Part shown: positions 1 to 13,410 of the stretch, piece after piece
Layout of the letters: the number at the start of each line of letters is the position of its first letter
Position numbering within the stretch: position 1 is the stretch's first letter
Source of the DNA: Octopus vulgaris
Taxonomy: Eukaryota
Assembly: GCA_951406725.2 (NCBI GenBank)
Contig: OX597817.1
Coordinates: 54,064,001 to 54,128,000, forward strand
DNA: 64,000 bases
Direction of reading: 5' to 3'
The notes under the pieces: model-generated
What the model was told of the DNA's origin: nothing
Databases searched by the model: none
The model's input: the letters and a program-made list of their open reading frames with translations, nothing else
Translations under genes and position numbers: made by a program

Positions 1-44
1 CAACACGGCTTTGGTGGATAAAGATCTTTCATTTGTGGGTCAGC

Positions 45-149
45 AAGGCTGCCATTGGTTTTATGCCGAGAGAAATCTCTCAGCAATTATCAAGCGTGCC
101 ACACGGAACGTTGGTATTTGTCTCTCGGCATGAAACCAATGGTAGCCTT
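45..149. mobile_element. Short MITE-like inverted repeat, same TIR family as 60236-60464 and 37762
   Basis: aaggctgccattggttttatgccgagag ... ctctcggcatgaaaccaatggtagcctt; the arm matches ttaaggctaccattggtttcatg at 37762. Confidence 0.6.
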
Positions 150-164
150 ATTCATTCGAAAACC

Positions 165-330
165 AAAGACGAAGACAGGTGGTGTACAAAACAAACAGAT
201 GTATTAGTATAACGCTCAGGAATTAGAAAAAGTTTTTTGCGTTTCGAGCCTACGCTCTTCTACAGAAAGTGACACAGAAAAAACAAGGAAAGAAACAAGG
301 AGAGAAAAAAATGTGTAGAGAAAAAACTGG
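165..330 (-). mobile_element. Penelope pLTR-like repeat, family A, with degenerate hammerhead at 233-269
   Basis: Homologous to 6440-6610, 46405-46530, 55470-55665 and 55860-55990. Minus strand reads CTTT CTGTAGA A GAGC GTAG GCTC GAAA CG CA AAAA. Confidence 0.7.
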
Positions 331-449
331 ATATATATATATATATGCTCTGTGTGTCCGTGCACGCACACACAGACACACATACACGCACGCACACATA
401 CGAATATTCTCGCAGAGCATTCAATATCTCTAATACATGATCGCTGTAC

Positions 450-830
450 ATATCCTGTCATGTTGAAACACTAATTTATTCGGTTGCACAGCTCAGTTCT
501 ATGGAGCCTGATGAAATAAAAACACATGGACATTACAAATGCATGACACAAGGAAAATTTAAGCAAAGAGTTTATAAACATATAGACGCCATTAAACGCA
601 GAGATAAAAAGAACAATGCAACATTTGTTGAATGCTTTCGCAAATTAAATGCATTCACAAATTAAAAATGGCTTCGCACGCTAATATTAAATGGAAAATT
701 CTGCTAGATTCAAAAATTGGAAACTTGTGAAGTATGAAAAGCAGGGAAGAGAAAAATCTTCATAATCTCTTATAAACAAGAGCTCTAATTAAGTAAGACA
801 TAAAAAATATTCGGAAAATGCTGATACTTT
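450..830 (+). pseudogene. Decayed GIY-YIG endonuclease C-terminus of a Penelope-like retroelement
   Basis: Frameshifted peptides CHVETLIY (456), YKCMTQGKFKQRVYKH..IKRRDKKNNAT (534), NIKWKIL, EKIFI and IFGKC* follow the PLE GIY-YIG motif order. Confidence 0.65.
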
Positions 831-1407
831 GTAAAGCACTTATTATGCCACTGGGAAATATTAACGATTGGAACATGGACAAATATCTCATATAACTTCA
901 CCTTACATTTTCTTTATCCATTCCTCTTCTAGATTTACATACGTGCGTATGTATGCATGTATTTATGTACGTACGTGCGTATGTATGTATGTATGTATGT
1001 ATGTATGTATGTATGTATGTATGTATGTATGTATGTATGTATGCATAATTCCTGAAGTGCATACAGAACAACGAGAAGCCAGTAATAACGTATCTATTTA
1101 TCCTCCAAACGTTCTGGCAGATTTGAACGCACGAATATACCGATTGTTGATTTTCGTCGGAGGAGGACATCTCCCTTTAGAAAATGTGAGTTCATATTAC
1201 GTGCGATTTGTAGATGTAAAGGGTCTTTGAGAGATGGTGGTGTTTTCCCTTATGGGTGGCTCTTCAGTCAGATCAGTATCCGGATACAGTTCGTCTAAAT
1301 GGAGGAAATGTTCATCGATGACAAAACCAGACTAAAGCGATCAGCATTCTCTGGTTCGAATCTACTTGGCCCTACTGAAAACAAATTCTTGGAAATAAAT
1401 TGATGCC

Positions 1408-1574
1408 TGTATGTATGTATGTATGTATGTATGTATGTATGTATGTATGTATGTATGTATGTATGTATGTATGTATGTATGTATGTATGTATGTATGTAC
1501 ATACATACATACATACATACATACATACATACATACATACATACATACATACATACATACATACATACATACAT
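1408..1574. repeat. (TATG)n/(CATA)n microsatellite palindrome
   Basis: The repeat switches strand at gtac 1497-1500, giving ~75-bp arms. Confidence 0.9.
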
Positions 1575-1585
1575 TTATATACATA

Positions 1586-2149
1586 CACAGACATGCAGGA
1601 AGTAAACAGACACCTTTAATTTTCAAAATATCTGATCTAAGCGTCTTAATATGTTTTCAGCGGTGTAGAATTTACAATGTAATTATTCCTTTTCATTCCA
1701 GATGCCATTATATTAAATATTTGCGAAGAGTAACCATGCCACGCACAAAAAATTCAGCAGAACTGTCAGATTTTCAAAGAGGTCGTTTTGTTGAGCAATC
1801 TGAGGCTGGTCTTAGCTAGCGAAAAATTGCCGAAAATCTTCAAAGTCCTCTTGAAATGCACTATAATAGAATTATAGTGCAATTAAAAAGCCAAGGAAAA
1901 GAATGAACAGATTCTCATCCCGGCCGACCTGGACCCTCGGAAAAGAAGCTTCGCTGTTTGAAAACGAACCCTGTTCGAAGGCTTCTGACATTGCAAAACA
2001 GCTAGAAGTTAGTCCAAGAACGCGTGTTACATATCTGCATAATCCTAGGTATTATGGATGAACAGCTAGAAGAAAACCTCTCCTTCAACCAATTAATATC
2101 AAAAGATTTTGAAAATTAAAAGTGTCTATTTACTTCCTGCATGTCTGTG
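1586..2149 (+). mobile_element. Internally deleted Tc1-family DNA transposon
   Basis: ~42-bp TIRs (cacagacatgcaggaagtaaacagacac...tttcaaaat and its reverse complement at 2106-2149). Broken ORF from 1736: MPRTKNSAELSDFQRGRFVEQSEAGLS*RKIA...GRP...LGY..ARRKPLL, a Tc1 DNA-binding region. Confidence 0.9.
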
Positions 2150-2160
2150 TGTGTGTGCGG

Positions 2161-2260
<100 letters not shown>

Positions 2261-5037
2261 CCATGAGACATGAATCTATGTATACTCACATCCACAGGCA
2301 TTCTCACACATATAAAATATGTTGCTGTTTTATTCTCTTCTAATTTCTTTGTATTTTGTTATGTTTAGCCTCTTCGTGGCTTCTTTCTATACTTTCTACA
2401 TCTTACTTTCTGCCATATTTTCTCTGTCCAATCATTTCCCTCATATCTACTTATGCTCCAGTTTTAATGCCGCTTCTTCACATTTCTCTTTGTTCTTTCT
2501 CTGCCCTCTACTCTTCATATTCTATTTGTCTTACTTCCAACTTATGTCTGTTGCTTACTTTCTCACTTTTGTAACCATTCACTTTTATCTTTATCTCGTT
2601 TTCACCTTTCTGAGTCTTCTTTGCTCTCGTGCATTAGATAACGCTTTTATTTGAACAAAATGTCGAAGGAGATACCAGAGAAGTTCTATGAAAATACTGA
2701 CCAGTCTTTCATCTAATCCTTCTTGAAGCCATACCTTCTTTAAATACAAACTTATTTTCAGGTTATTTAAACTCTAATCAACAACAAATATTCATCTATT
2801 CTATCAGACCTGTCTCGTTATTTTTGTATTTTGTTTCCTAGCAAACAGGATCAGAGAGATATAATCTGAACAACATTTCCTTGTTGTTGCTAAGGACTTC
2901 TATATTTACACCATTCATACATTGGAAATCATAAACGTCAGAACCTCAGGTGTCTGTAGACGTTTTTGTGGTTGCTGTTATAAATCAGGAGTTATTTGGC
3001 AGCGCTATGACAAAAGTTGTGGCTTGCTGTCTTTATATCCATACATAACATATGCAGAATTATATTATCCGATGTCTTCCATTTTTTCATACGTTGAGGT
3101 ACAATTTGTATGAGATCTAGCTGCTATTTTTGACAGACCAAGTACGTATGAAGACACACCTTTGCTAGACTGCTTTGCAGACGGTAAATTTGTATCTAAG
3201 AAAAAATCCCTATATTAAATTCTATGGGAAAATATTTTTTCTCTTCGCTATTCTACAAGACCTTTGACTAACGTAATATTAACGTTTGCTAACATTGTAC
3301 TGACAGTTTCTGTACATCTTTAGATGGACTGAATATAAAAATTCACGCATCCAAATACACACACTTCAGCACAATGCAACTAACATAACTGCTATAGAAC
3401 CGATACTTGCCTATATGAAAGCAATTTGCGAATATTTCAAGCAAAAATGTTAACAATTCAAAAACGTTAAATAGATATGACTAGAAAATAAATTTAAAAT
3501 ACGACATAATCAGCAAACCTAGTCATTGAGACTTTGCATTTCATAAGTATGGCTCTCTCTAAATATGTTTGGAATCTGAAAGATGTCACATTTGGTTCTT
3601 TCAAGATCAACTAGTCCCTCATCGAAACTGAACTTTCTTACATCAATGATTTCAGTTGTATCTTTTTTTTCATCCGATAATATTATGCAACGTATCTCGC
3701 CTTACCTCATTCCCCTTTGTTTTGCGTACCCAGATATCATGAAGGTAAATGAATGTCCTTACTTGAGTAAAAATGCCAAACATCTTTTAATTTCAACCTG
3801 TCTAGTCTCCTCCCTGCACCAATCCTTTTAGCCTTTCCTCCGCCCTCCATCTAGAGCAGAAATTCTCAACCAATTCTTATCTATGGATCCCTTTGATTGC
3901 TATTTTATTTTGGTGGAAGCCCACATCCATTCGATGCTTAAAAACTAGCTTCATAGATATTTTTTTTCATCCATTCACTTGTATAAGTTGACTTTTGTAA
4001 AATGTTAGAGAAAGAAACAGATATTTCTTGCAATATATACATTTAAATCAAAATGTTTCATGTATTCTTAAAGCACTACTGCGGAATCCCAGTTTACTAT
4101 TTTGCAGGCTTTTACCCCCAAAATCTTATATGGAACCCCGCCAGGTGTCATCTAGACCCTAGTTCAGAACTACTGATCAGCAGTTTTATTATTTTACAAT
4201 TCCCACCAAACTTTGCCAGCCTATCTCTCCACCTATCTCTTTAGCTATCAAATCTAATACATTAATTCATGACGTTGGTTGTTTTCCTTCACATCAAAAT
4301 TGCTGTCTTTCTTTCCTCTATCCTCCTTCTCACTCTTTCTTCATTTACTCCGTTCTTTCCACCTAAACATTTTCACACCTTCCACTATTCCTCTTCCGCC
4401 TCCTTATCTCCTCTCGTTATTTTATTGCATCTCTCTCCGCATATTCCCACTCCGCCTTTAATTATCTCTCTATGTCTTTATCAAACAATCTATTTCCTAT
4501 TTTACTCCATCAAATTACACAAAAAAAACAATACAACCCTTTCTCTTCTTCTCTTATCTTTATTTCACTTCCTTTTCTACTTTTTCCTTTTATTCTTTTA
4601 CCCCCCCCCTCCGCCTCACCAACTTCTACATTTTACTCTCTACGATTCGCCTTTTCCTTCCATTTCCTTCTCTCTTTTCTTTTACATACGATTCACAATT
4701 TCTTATATGCACTTCAAATACTTTAAACTCTTTGTGTGCATGTGTGTATGTATGCACCAATTTAGTGGCCTTGTTGCTGTGTATATGTGTGCATGTATGT
4801 ACATATATACTTTCATGAATATTTCATTTGCTTTTTTCACACATTCTTCTCTCTTTTACTTCAATTATTCCATCATTGTAGGCCCACATCTTACCTTTTG
4901 CATCTTTTCTCATATATTTTAATTTCTTTCTTGACAATACTTTGAGAGTATAATTTGGTTGATATAAACTGTGCAGAACCTCACTGAACGTGTTTCATGT
5001 ATATATACATACATACACACATACATACATACATACA

Positions 5038-5124
<87 letters not shown>

Positions 5125-5269
5125 GTACATATATACATATATATATACATACATACATATATATATATATATATGCATACATACATATGTATATATACAT
5201 ACATACATATGTATATATATATATGTGTATACTTATTTTTATCAAAGTTGCAAAAATATCACAAAAATG

Positions 5270-5372
5270 ACTGTAACTCAGAGTTTCACTTTCCTGTTCA
5301 TCGGACGGTTGTGATCAACTGCCTTGATCACAACTGTCCGACGAACGGGAACATAAAATTCTGATTTACAAT
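5270..5372. ncRNA. Divergent inverted pair of minimal hammerhead-like motifs (U4C core)
   Basis: Minus 5270-5309: ACCGT CCGATGA AC-aggaaa-GT GAAA CTCTGAG TT ACAGT. Plus 5333-5372 is a more decayed mirror copy (ACTGT CCGACGA ...). Confidence 0.55.
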
Positions 5373-5482
5373 CTTTGGTGATGTCAATAGAAGCATGTCT
5401 CTCTACCCTCGGTATTCGTCTACTATTTTCCCCACCTCGTTTTGCATTTATGTGCTTACTCATATATATATATATGCACACA

Positions 5483-5582
<100 letters not shown>

Positions 5583-5723
5583 TTATTATGTATACACACA
5601 CACACATATGTATTATTATGTATACACTCACACCAACGCGCGCGCACACATGTACATATATAATAGACATATAAGCATGGGGCAAATCTAACTATTTCTT
5701 CGTTGATTGAAGAGAAACGATGT

Positions 5724-5771
5724 ACATCCTTCATCGATTTTCGGACTTTATTGCATTCTCATCAGAGATGT
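5724..5771 (-). ncRNA. Degenerate hammerhead-like motif
   Basis: ACATCT CTGATGA GAATGCAATAAAGTCC GAAA ATCGAT GA AGGATGT. Palindromic stem III; U16.1 mutated; weak stem II. Confidence 0.45.
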
Positions 5772-5817
5772 CCACATCAATTTGACTAATCCCAGGGAAA
5801 CAAGCAGCCAATCTGCT

Positions 5818-6034
5818 TACGAGTTGGTATCAAAATGTTCCTGGACTAGTTCGGTAGCGCGCCAACAACTGGCAGCACACGGTTGCGTGCGCAGTGAGAG
5901 CATGCAGTGACCTTCATGAGGAAGTGTGCCGAGTGATATCGCTGTGTTTACTTCGCAATTTGAGAAATTTGTGTTTTTGCGATCACGTGTATGCTGTAGT
6001 CTGTGATTCTTGTCATGGACAGGAAGTTGGAACA
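5818..6034 (+). mobile_element. 5' fragment of a mariner-like transposon
   Basis: TA-CGAGTTGGTATCAAAATGTTCCTGGACT mariner-type TIR, followed by atg gac agg aag ttg gaa (MDRKLE) transposase start. Confidence 0.6.
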
Positions 6035-6439
6035 TAACATTATACGTAACATATCCAGTAGTTTCATAAAACTAGAGCGACTAATTTGTATGGCATAAGT
6101 ATTTATTATTTAATTTAATATCATCGACCTATCAACCGGGATTTCAGACCACATAGTATCAAGACATGATATAATATATGTAAACCATACGTGGTTGATA
6201 CACACACGTATGGCAAATGTTATTTAATAACAGTTGGATTAAGCTCGATAGAGTAAGTATCGAGCTTACAAAGAATAAGTCCTAGGGTCGATTAGTTCGA
6301 CTAAAAATGGTGCTCCAGCATAGCCGCAGTCAAATGGCTGAAACAAATAAAAGAATTCATACACACACACGCGTACACATATATATTGGAATTTACAATA
6401 TATATATAGTTGGAATTTACAAAAAAAACAAAACAAAAC

Positions 6440-6610
6440 AAAAGACGAAGACGGGTGTGTAAAAAACAAGCAAGTGTATTAGTTTGACACTCGGGAAGTG
6501 AGAAAGTCTTTTGCGTTTCGAGCCTACGCTCTTCAGCAGAAAAGAACATAGAAATAAGCAGAGAGAGAAAATAAAAGGGTTTAGTGGCTAGCGATCTATC
6601 ATGGCGAATG
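6440..6610 (-). mobile_element. pLTR-like family A copy with hammerhead-like motif at 6508-6543
   Basis: TTT CTGCTGA A GAGC GTAG GCTC GAAA CG CA AAAG; homologous to 55470-55665. Confidence 0.7.
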
Positions 6611-6850
6611 TAAAGCTATGATTATTAAATTTACGAAACCGGTGTGCTTTTAAATCTCTTTGACAATTCACAATAATGACTTTTATTACTTTTATTCCTA
6701 CCTCAGTTCATCTAAGTGTATATATCTTTCGTTACTTTTCATAAAAAGCCTTTACTTTTTTTGATTTCTAATGTGCATTTTCGCTTATTTTTCTTCTTAC
6801 TTTCCCTTTACATTTCCACGTGTAGTTTTGTAACATATTTCTATTTTATA
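6610..6850 (+). mobile_element. 5'-truncated pLTR-like repeat with the 3' half of a hammerhead
   Basis: GTAAA..TTTAC stem II, then GAAA CCGG TG TGCTTT (6610-6650); T-rich tail ending in (TA)n. Confidence 0.45.
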
Positions 6851-6864
6851 TATATATATATATC

Positions 6865-7235
6865 TCGTTCGGCTTAACAGCCCTTCTTGTTTGTGTTACT
6901 GTTATTCTCCGTGTCCTGTTTTTTATTGTTTATATTTTATACTGTCGTTACTGTCTTGCTTTTGTTACCATTTTTACCCCTCCGCAAAAAAATCTCAAAT
7001 TTTATTTAATTTGATTTTCGCGGGAAGGAAAGTTTCATTGAATTCATGTATCGCCTTGACCTTCGAAACGTGGAGTAGATGAAGCAAAGGCGACTGAAGA
7101 AGGGGAATTTTCCTTGTTTTGTATGTCCTGTACTCTATTTTTTCGTTGTTTAAAAAAAATGTCCATTTCCTTGGTTTTGTGTTTATGTTTTCGTTTCTCA
7201 TTGTGTTCGACGTTTTTTTGGTATCCTGTACCCAT
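6865..7235 (+). repeat. Interspersed repeat family B (second copy at 24480-24970)
   Basis: Shared ccctccgcaaaaaaatc-caaattttatttaatttg, accttcgaaa..ggagtagat and T-rich tail. Confidence 0.75.
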
Positions 7236-7722
7236 ATATGCATGTATATAGATACATGTAGAGGTAGGTACGTACATATATCTATGTATATATGCATATG
7301 TTTTATTTATTTATTAATTTATTATATATATGTATATATATATATATATATATATGGGGGGGGGGAGGTGTCGTTCGAATAGAATTCTTGGAGGTGGTGC
7401 TCCAGCATGGGGCATGGCTTAAACAGGGGAAAGATAAAAACAAAACGATATTCCCTAATACAGATATCTTCACTCACACACACATGTACACACATACACA
7501 CACACGCACACATACATTATTCTTGTATCAAGTACAGACTTCAACATATTACATACACACAATATATATATCCCTCACATACACACACTACTCTTATATC
7601 ACACACACACACACACACACACAAACCACTCATATGTCACTCAAAAGGCTTTATACACACATACATCACCGCACACATACATATACACACATACGCTATT
7701 CAACTCATACACTCCTTGTCAT

Positions 7723-7756
<34 letters not shown>

Positions 7757-7797
7757 GTATGTATGTTACTACTGCACACACATACACTCTTCATGTC

Positions 7798-7838
<41 letters not shown>

Positions 7839-8117
7839 CACTCGTTTTCCTAAACGTTACAATATTTACCTCGCTGTCAATCACTCTGTGGCTGTCTATT
7901 TACAAATTATGTCCATCCTATTGTCTCTCTTTCGGTTACTCTGTGGTTTGTCTGCCTGCCTACCTGCCTGTCTGTCTGTGTCTGTTTGTCTGTTTATGTA
8001 TGTATGTATGTATGTATGTATGTATGTATGTATGTATGTATGTATGTATGTATGTATGTATCTATCTATCTATCTATCTATCTATCCATCCATCCATCCA
8101 TCCATCCATCCATCATC

Positions 8118-8186
<69 letters not shown>

Positions 8187-8222
8187 GATAGATAGATAGA
8201 TAGATAGACCAGATAGATAGAT

Positions 8223-8296
<74 letters not shown>

Positions 8297-8577
8297 CAAC
8301 AGAAATACAGGCAGACAGCTAGATAGATAGCTAGGCAGGCAGACAGCTAAAAAGAAAGATATATAAAGATAGATAGACAGGTAGATGGATAGACCGAAAG
8401 ATAGAAATATAGACAAATAGATAGCTAGCTAGCTAGATAGATAGACAGACTGATAGTTAGACAGGCAAATAGATAACTAAATAGACAGATAGATAGATAA
8501 ATACACAGGCAAAGAGACAGACAGATAAATAGATATCTACCTATTAATCTATTAACCCTCTCTAAAACCCTCCCTCC

Positions 8578-8612
<35 letters not shown>

Positions 8613-9407
8613 CAAGTGAGAGACAGATGAGTGATGTAAACATGGTTGTTTTTATCTGTGTGATTTTGTATGTGTGTATGTTTGTATGCGCCTGTATGTT
8701 TTTGGTGTGTGTGTGTGAATCTATCGTTGTGTGCATATACGCACTTATTTGTGTGTACACCTTTCCATGTGTGTGTAACTGGGTGTATATATACCTCTCT
8801 GTGCTTGAATGTGTATGTCTGTCCCACACTGTGTGTATAGCTATCAATATGTGTGTGTATGTACTTATATGTGTGTGTTTGTGTTTGTGTGTGCGTGCGT
8901 GTTTGCTAGCTCTGTATGTGCGTAATCGAGAGCCAATCAGAAATTTGCCAACATCCCAATGGTAATAATGACCAAACGATTCTCCACCGACACCGCTGTC
9001 CACTGATCTAATCTAATTGTTCTTCAAAACTACCACCACCACCACCACCACACCACCTCCATCACATTCCTCTACCTCTACCATCTTCACCATCCCCACC
9101 ACGTCCACTTTGTCCACCGCGTCACCATCACCGCAATGACGATAACGACGACGACGACGACGACTACGACGACTACGACACCCCCCAATCACTCCCACCA
9201 CCACCACCACCACCACCACCACCACCACCACCACCACCACCACCACCACCACCACCACCACCACCACCACCACCACCACCGCTATAACTTCTACACTCTG
9301 TTAAAGTCACACACTTAAGATACCGTTTTGACACTTAAGACGTTGATTTACGACTAGGAAAGGAGCTGATAAATTAAATAGTGTGATGGTATGATACGAT
9401 GGTTACG

Positions 9408-9439
<32 letters not shown>

Positions 9440-9678
9440 CGTAGATGTAGTGGTGATAGTGGTAATGATGGCGGTGGTAGTGTAAGATGAAGTAGTTGTA
9501 GCGTTGATGTAGCAGTAGAGATCTTGTTATGAGTTTGACGATGGTTGGTCGTATGTGATGTTCTCTAGTGTTGAAGGTAGGAAGGGAGACAATAGACTTG
9601 GTAGACATTTTACGGAAAGGCTGCGCGTGTGGCATCGGTTTTCTTAGCAATTGGTGGAAGTTTGATGCACCTGTAGAA

Positions 9679-9743
<65 letters not shown>

Positions 9744-10187
9744 TGTGTGTATGTGTGGAGACAGCTCTACATGAAGCTCTGTGTCTTCGGGTGGGGTTTC
9801 AACGGTGTGTAAAAGTAAGCTAAAAGGAGCGGAAGTGAGGACACTTCCTTGGCGTACACCAAGTGGAAAATCGCAGATTTGTCGTTTTTAAAATACACAT
9901 TTTTTTTTATGGTGGTTTAATAAAAAGAGAAAGAGCAGCGTTCACGGCCATGTTGAGGTTCTGTTACATTAGTGGTTAAAACAGGAAATGCTACCCCAAA
10001 CCGGAAATCTGTCAGGTTTATATGTACGAGTGCATATGTGGTTAAGGTGTTCGATTCACATCGTAAGGTAATGGGTTCAATTCAGTAACAGGGCAGTGCG
10101 TGTGTTCTTATGTAAAGCGTTTCATTTCATGTCGCCCCAGTTTACTAAGCTGTAATGAATATCAACTAAGATGTTGGTGCTAATGCA

Positions 10188-10234
<47 letters not shown>

Positions 10235-10682
10235 TTCTCTTTCTCCCTCCCTCCGACAAAGTCATCCTGTATATTCCTTGAAATCAAGAATGATGGCCCA
10301 AGGGTGTGTCCATGTCTGCTCGTAACTGGGTTGGAACCTAAAACAACGAATGAAATCATGTTATATATTGCGAAGCCTTTCCTCGCTTGCAAGTGACGGA
10401 TGGCTGTATCACACCGTACAGGGTATCAATCTTAATTTGAGACACAGGGGAATACAGATATAGCTGCATTATATACCATTATTTTCAACAAATGGTCTGA
10501 TGTAATTTGAGAGAAAATTAACTGCAGTTTTGAGCAGAACAAGTAACTAAATAGAAGCGCCTCCATGAGGTCCGTTTCAGTTAAGCTGTTTTGCTCCAGA
10601 TCAGCCTTTTCTGTACGGATTCTATGGGGATCATCATGTTTCTTTTTCCTATGAACTCTGAAGCCAATTTCACATTATTCAA

Positions 10683-11525
10683 AGCGAGCTGTCAGAAACG
10701 TTAGCACGCCCGGCAAAATGCTTAGTGGTATTTCGTCTGTTTTTACGTTCTGAGTTCAAATTCCGCCGAGGTCGACTTTGCCTTTCATCCTTTCGGGGTC
10801 AATTAAATAAGTACCAGTTACGCACTAGGGTCGATATAATCGACTTAATCCGTTTGTCTGTCCTTGTTTGTCCCCTCTATGTTTAGACCCTTGTGGGTAG
10901 TAAAGAAATAGGTATTTCGTCTGTCTTTATGTTCTGAGTTCAAATTCCGCTGAGGTCGAATTTGCCTTTCATTCTTTTGAAGTCGATAAATTAAGTACCA
11001 GTTGCGTACTGGAGTCGATCTAATCGATTGGCTCCCCGCCCCCCGAAAATTTCGGGTCTTGTGCCAAGAGTAGAAAAGAATATTTTGAAGGTGGCGAGTT
11101 GGCAGTAACATTAGCACACTGGGTGAAATGCTTAGCGATATTTCGCCTGTCTTTACGTTGTGAGTTCACATTCCGCCGAGGCCGACTTTGCCTTTCATCT
11201 TTTCGGGGTCGATTAATTAAATACCAGTTGCGTACTGGGGTTGTTCTAATCAACTGGTTCCCTCCCCCAAAATTTCGGGCCTTGTGCCTAGAGTAGAAAA
11301 GAATATAAGGTAGCGAGCTGGCAGAAACGTTAGCTTGCCAGGCGAAATTTTTAGCAGTATTTCGTCTGTTTTTACGTTCTGAGTTCAAATTCCGCCGAGG
11401 TCGACTTTGCCTTTCATCTTTTCGGGGTTGATAAATTAAGTACCTGTTGCGTACCGGGGTTGATCTAATGGACTGACTCCCTCCCACAAAATTTCAGGTC
11501 TTGTGCCTACTGTACAAAAGATTAT
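10683..11525 (+). mobile_element. Tandem array of four tRNA-derived SINEs (family 1)
   Basis: Repeated gcgagctggcagaaacgttagc (A box) ... gagttcaaattcc (B box) ... gcctttcatcctttcggggtcgat. Units at ~10683, 10911 (5'-truncated), 11088 and 11307. Confidence 0.9.
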
Positions 11526-12704
11526 TCAAAGCGTCTTTTTTTAAGATATTAAAGGTTTTTCGGTGAACTGTCTTCAGCCGCGTCTTTGCCCTAATTGAAG
11601 CTATTCCAATCGTAATCATCTCGTTTCTTTTCTCATTCTATCCACCCACACATAATTCTTTGTAAGATAGTAGGGTGTAATCAGAGGGAGATTTGGCTGT
11701 TATTTCTACTAAGTACACATAATTCTCTATGTATTGCTGTAGCTAGCTTTATTGTTAAGCTTCTGTGTTTCGTTGGGGCTTGAGTGTATAGTTTTGGAAT
11801 TTCTCTAGAGTTTTTATTCTTTCATCTAATTAGTGATGTGATTGTTGTTCGTGTTATTGCTGTTGCTGTTAATTACAATTAATGGGATTGCGTTCAATGT
11901 AAACATTGGACAGTTTTCAAATTTTATTTTGTTTATTTTCATTGTTATTATTTTTATTTTGCTACTTGTTGCTTAGTCCCAAATCAATCCTCATTGAGCG
12001 GGCATGGTCAAAGGCTTTCCAATTGTGACTGCTCTGTTTTGTTTTCAAGAACTGTCTATAAGACAGCATTGTTTTATATGTTTTTTTAAGTGATTAATAT
12101 ATCATTCAATTTAAAGGTGCGATTTGGATCAGATTTACCGTATTTTAACATGTATAAGGAACCCTCGTGCATAAGGAACACCCTAATTTTTGGGGCTTAA
12201 AATTTGGAAAAAGGTTTTGTAAGAGATTATAATACTATCCATGTATAAGAAACTCTCATTTTTTAAAACCTAATTTTGACTAAATGGGTTCCTTATACAT
12301 GTTGAAATACGGTACTTGCTATTTCTAGCATTTGCTCCTGAGTTCATGTCTATGGTGTGTAATGATGCGTTTAAGGCTGTCTCTGGATTTTGTTGGTTTT
12401 GGTATTTCGTCTGAGTAATTTGCATTCTGTTTTATGCAGGTTTTGCCACTATCACCACAATCATAAACATCAACATTACCACCATCATCATCGATAACAT
12501 CATCATCACCATCATCAATATCATCATCGATAACCATCCTCATCATCATCATCACCATCCTCAACATCATCAGCGATAAGCATCATCATCATCATCATCA
12601 TCATCATCATTACCCTCCTCCTCCTCCTCCTCCTCCTCCTCATCATCATCATCATCATCAACATCATCATCACCATCCTCAACATCATCATCATCATCGA
12701 TAAC

Positions 12705-12739
<35 letters not shown>

Positions 12740-13061
12740 ACAATCTAGAGAAATTCGAAAACTATAGCCTCAAGCCCCAACGAAACACATGCTTAACAAT
12801 AAAGCTAGCTACAGCAATACATAGAGAATTATTTGTATTTAGTAGAAATAACAGCCAAATCTCCCTCTGGTTGCACCCTACTATCTTACAAAGAATAATG
12901 TGTGGCTGGGTAGAATGAGAAAAGAAAGGAGATGATTACGATTGGAAAAGCTTCGATTAGGGCAGAGACGCGGCTGATGAGAGTTCACCGGGAAGCCTTT
13001 AAACATACTTTAACGTCTTAAAAAAAGATGCTTTGAATAATCTTTTCTACAGTAGGCACAA
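11501..13061. repeat. Inverted duplication with arms 11501-11809 and 12744-13061
   Basis: ttgtgcctactgta...aatttctctaga mirrored by tctagagaaatt...tacagtaggcacaa, with moderate divergence. Confidence 0.9.
12138..12312. mobile_element. Tc1/mariner/pogo-superfamily MITE with TA target-site duplication
   Basis: TA|ccgtattttaacatgtataaggaacc ... ggttccttatacatgttgaaatacgg|TA. Confidence 0.85.
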
Positions 13062-13319
13062 TATACATGAATAACATCATCAGCAGCAGCAGCAGCTAGG
13101 ATATAGATACACATACAGGAGACACGATGGGTGTTCGTAAAGCCAACTCAACACTAATACAGCGGTCTTATGGTACCCAAGTTGTCGGTCAAAAGATGAG
13201 ATAAAACGCACACAAACTTCTCAGATAAACCATGTATCTCTTCCGGACTGAAAACCATGTTGCATGCTTAGAAATGCAGCCACAAATGGCGTGGGTTGCA
13301 GACTGATAGTTTCGTTAAG

Positions 13320-13410
13320 CATGTTGCACATTATTTACATTGTTTACATTATTTACATTTGACGGATATTTGTCCCCATCTTGTTTGTTGTTAAGACAAC
13401 GTCTCGGCTA
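13320..13410 (-). mobile_element. Partial copy of the pLTR-like family at 59822-59998 (3' half of hammerhead)
   Basis: Reverse complement reads AGCC GAGA CG TT GTCTT aacaacaaacaagatggggacaaatatccgtcaaatgtaaataatg. Confidence 0.75.

Noticed and set aside
7060-7125. Family B CTGAAGA (CTAATGA at ~24823) plus upstream GAAAC as a type I/II hammerhead
   Set aside because: No GAAA after the hairpin, and no consistent stem I/III in the permuted reading
11545-11585. CTGAAGA..GAAA on the minus strand (CTGATGA in the mirror arm at ~12974)
   Set aside because: Stem II cannot form and GAAA is not kept in the second arm
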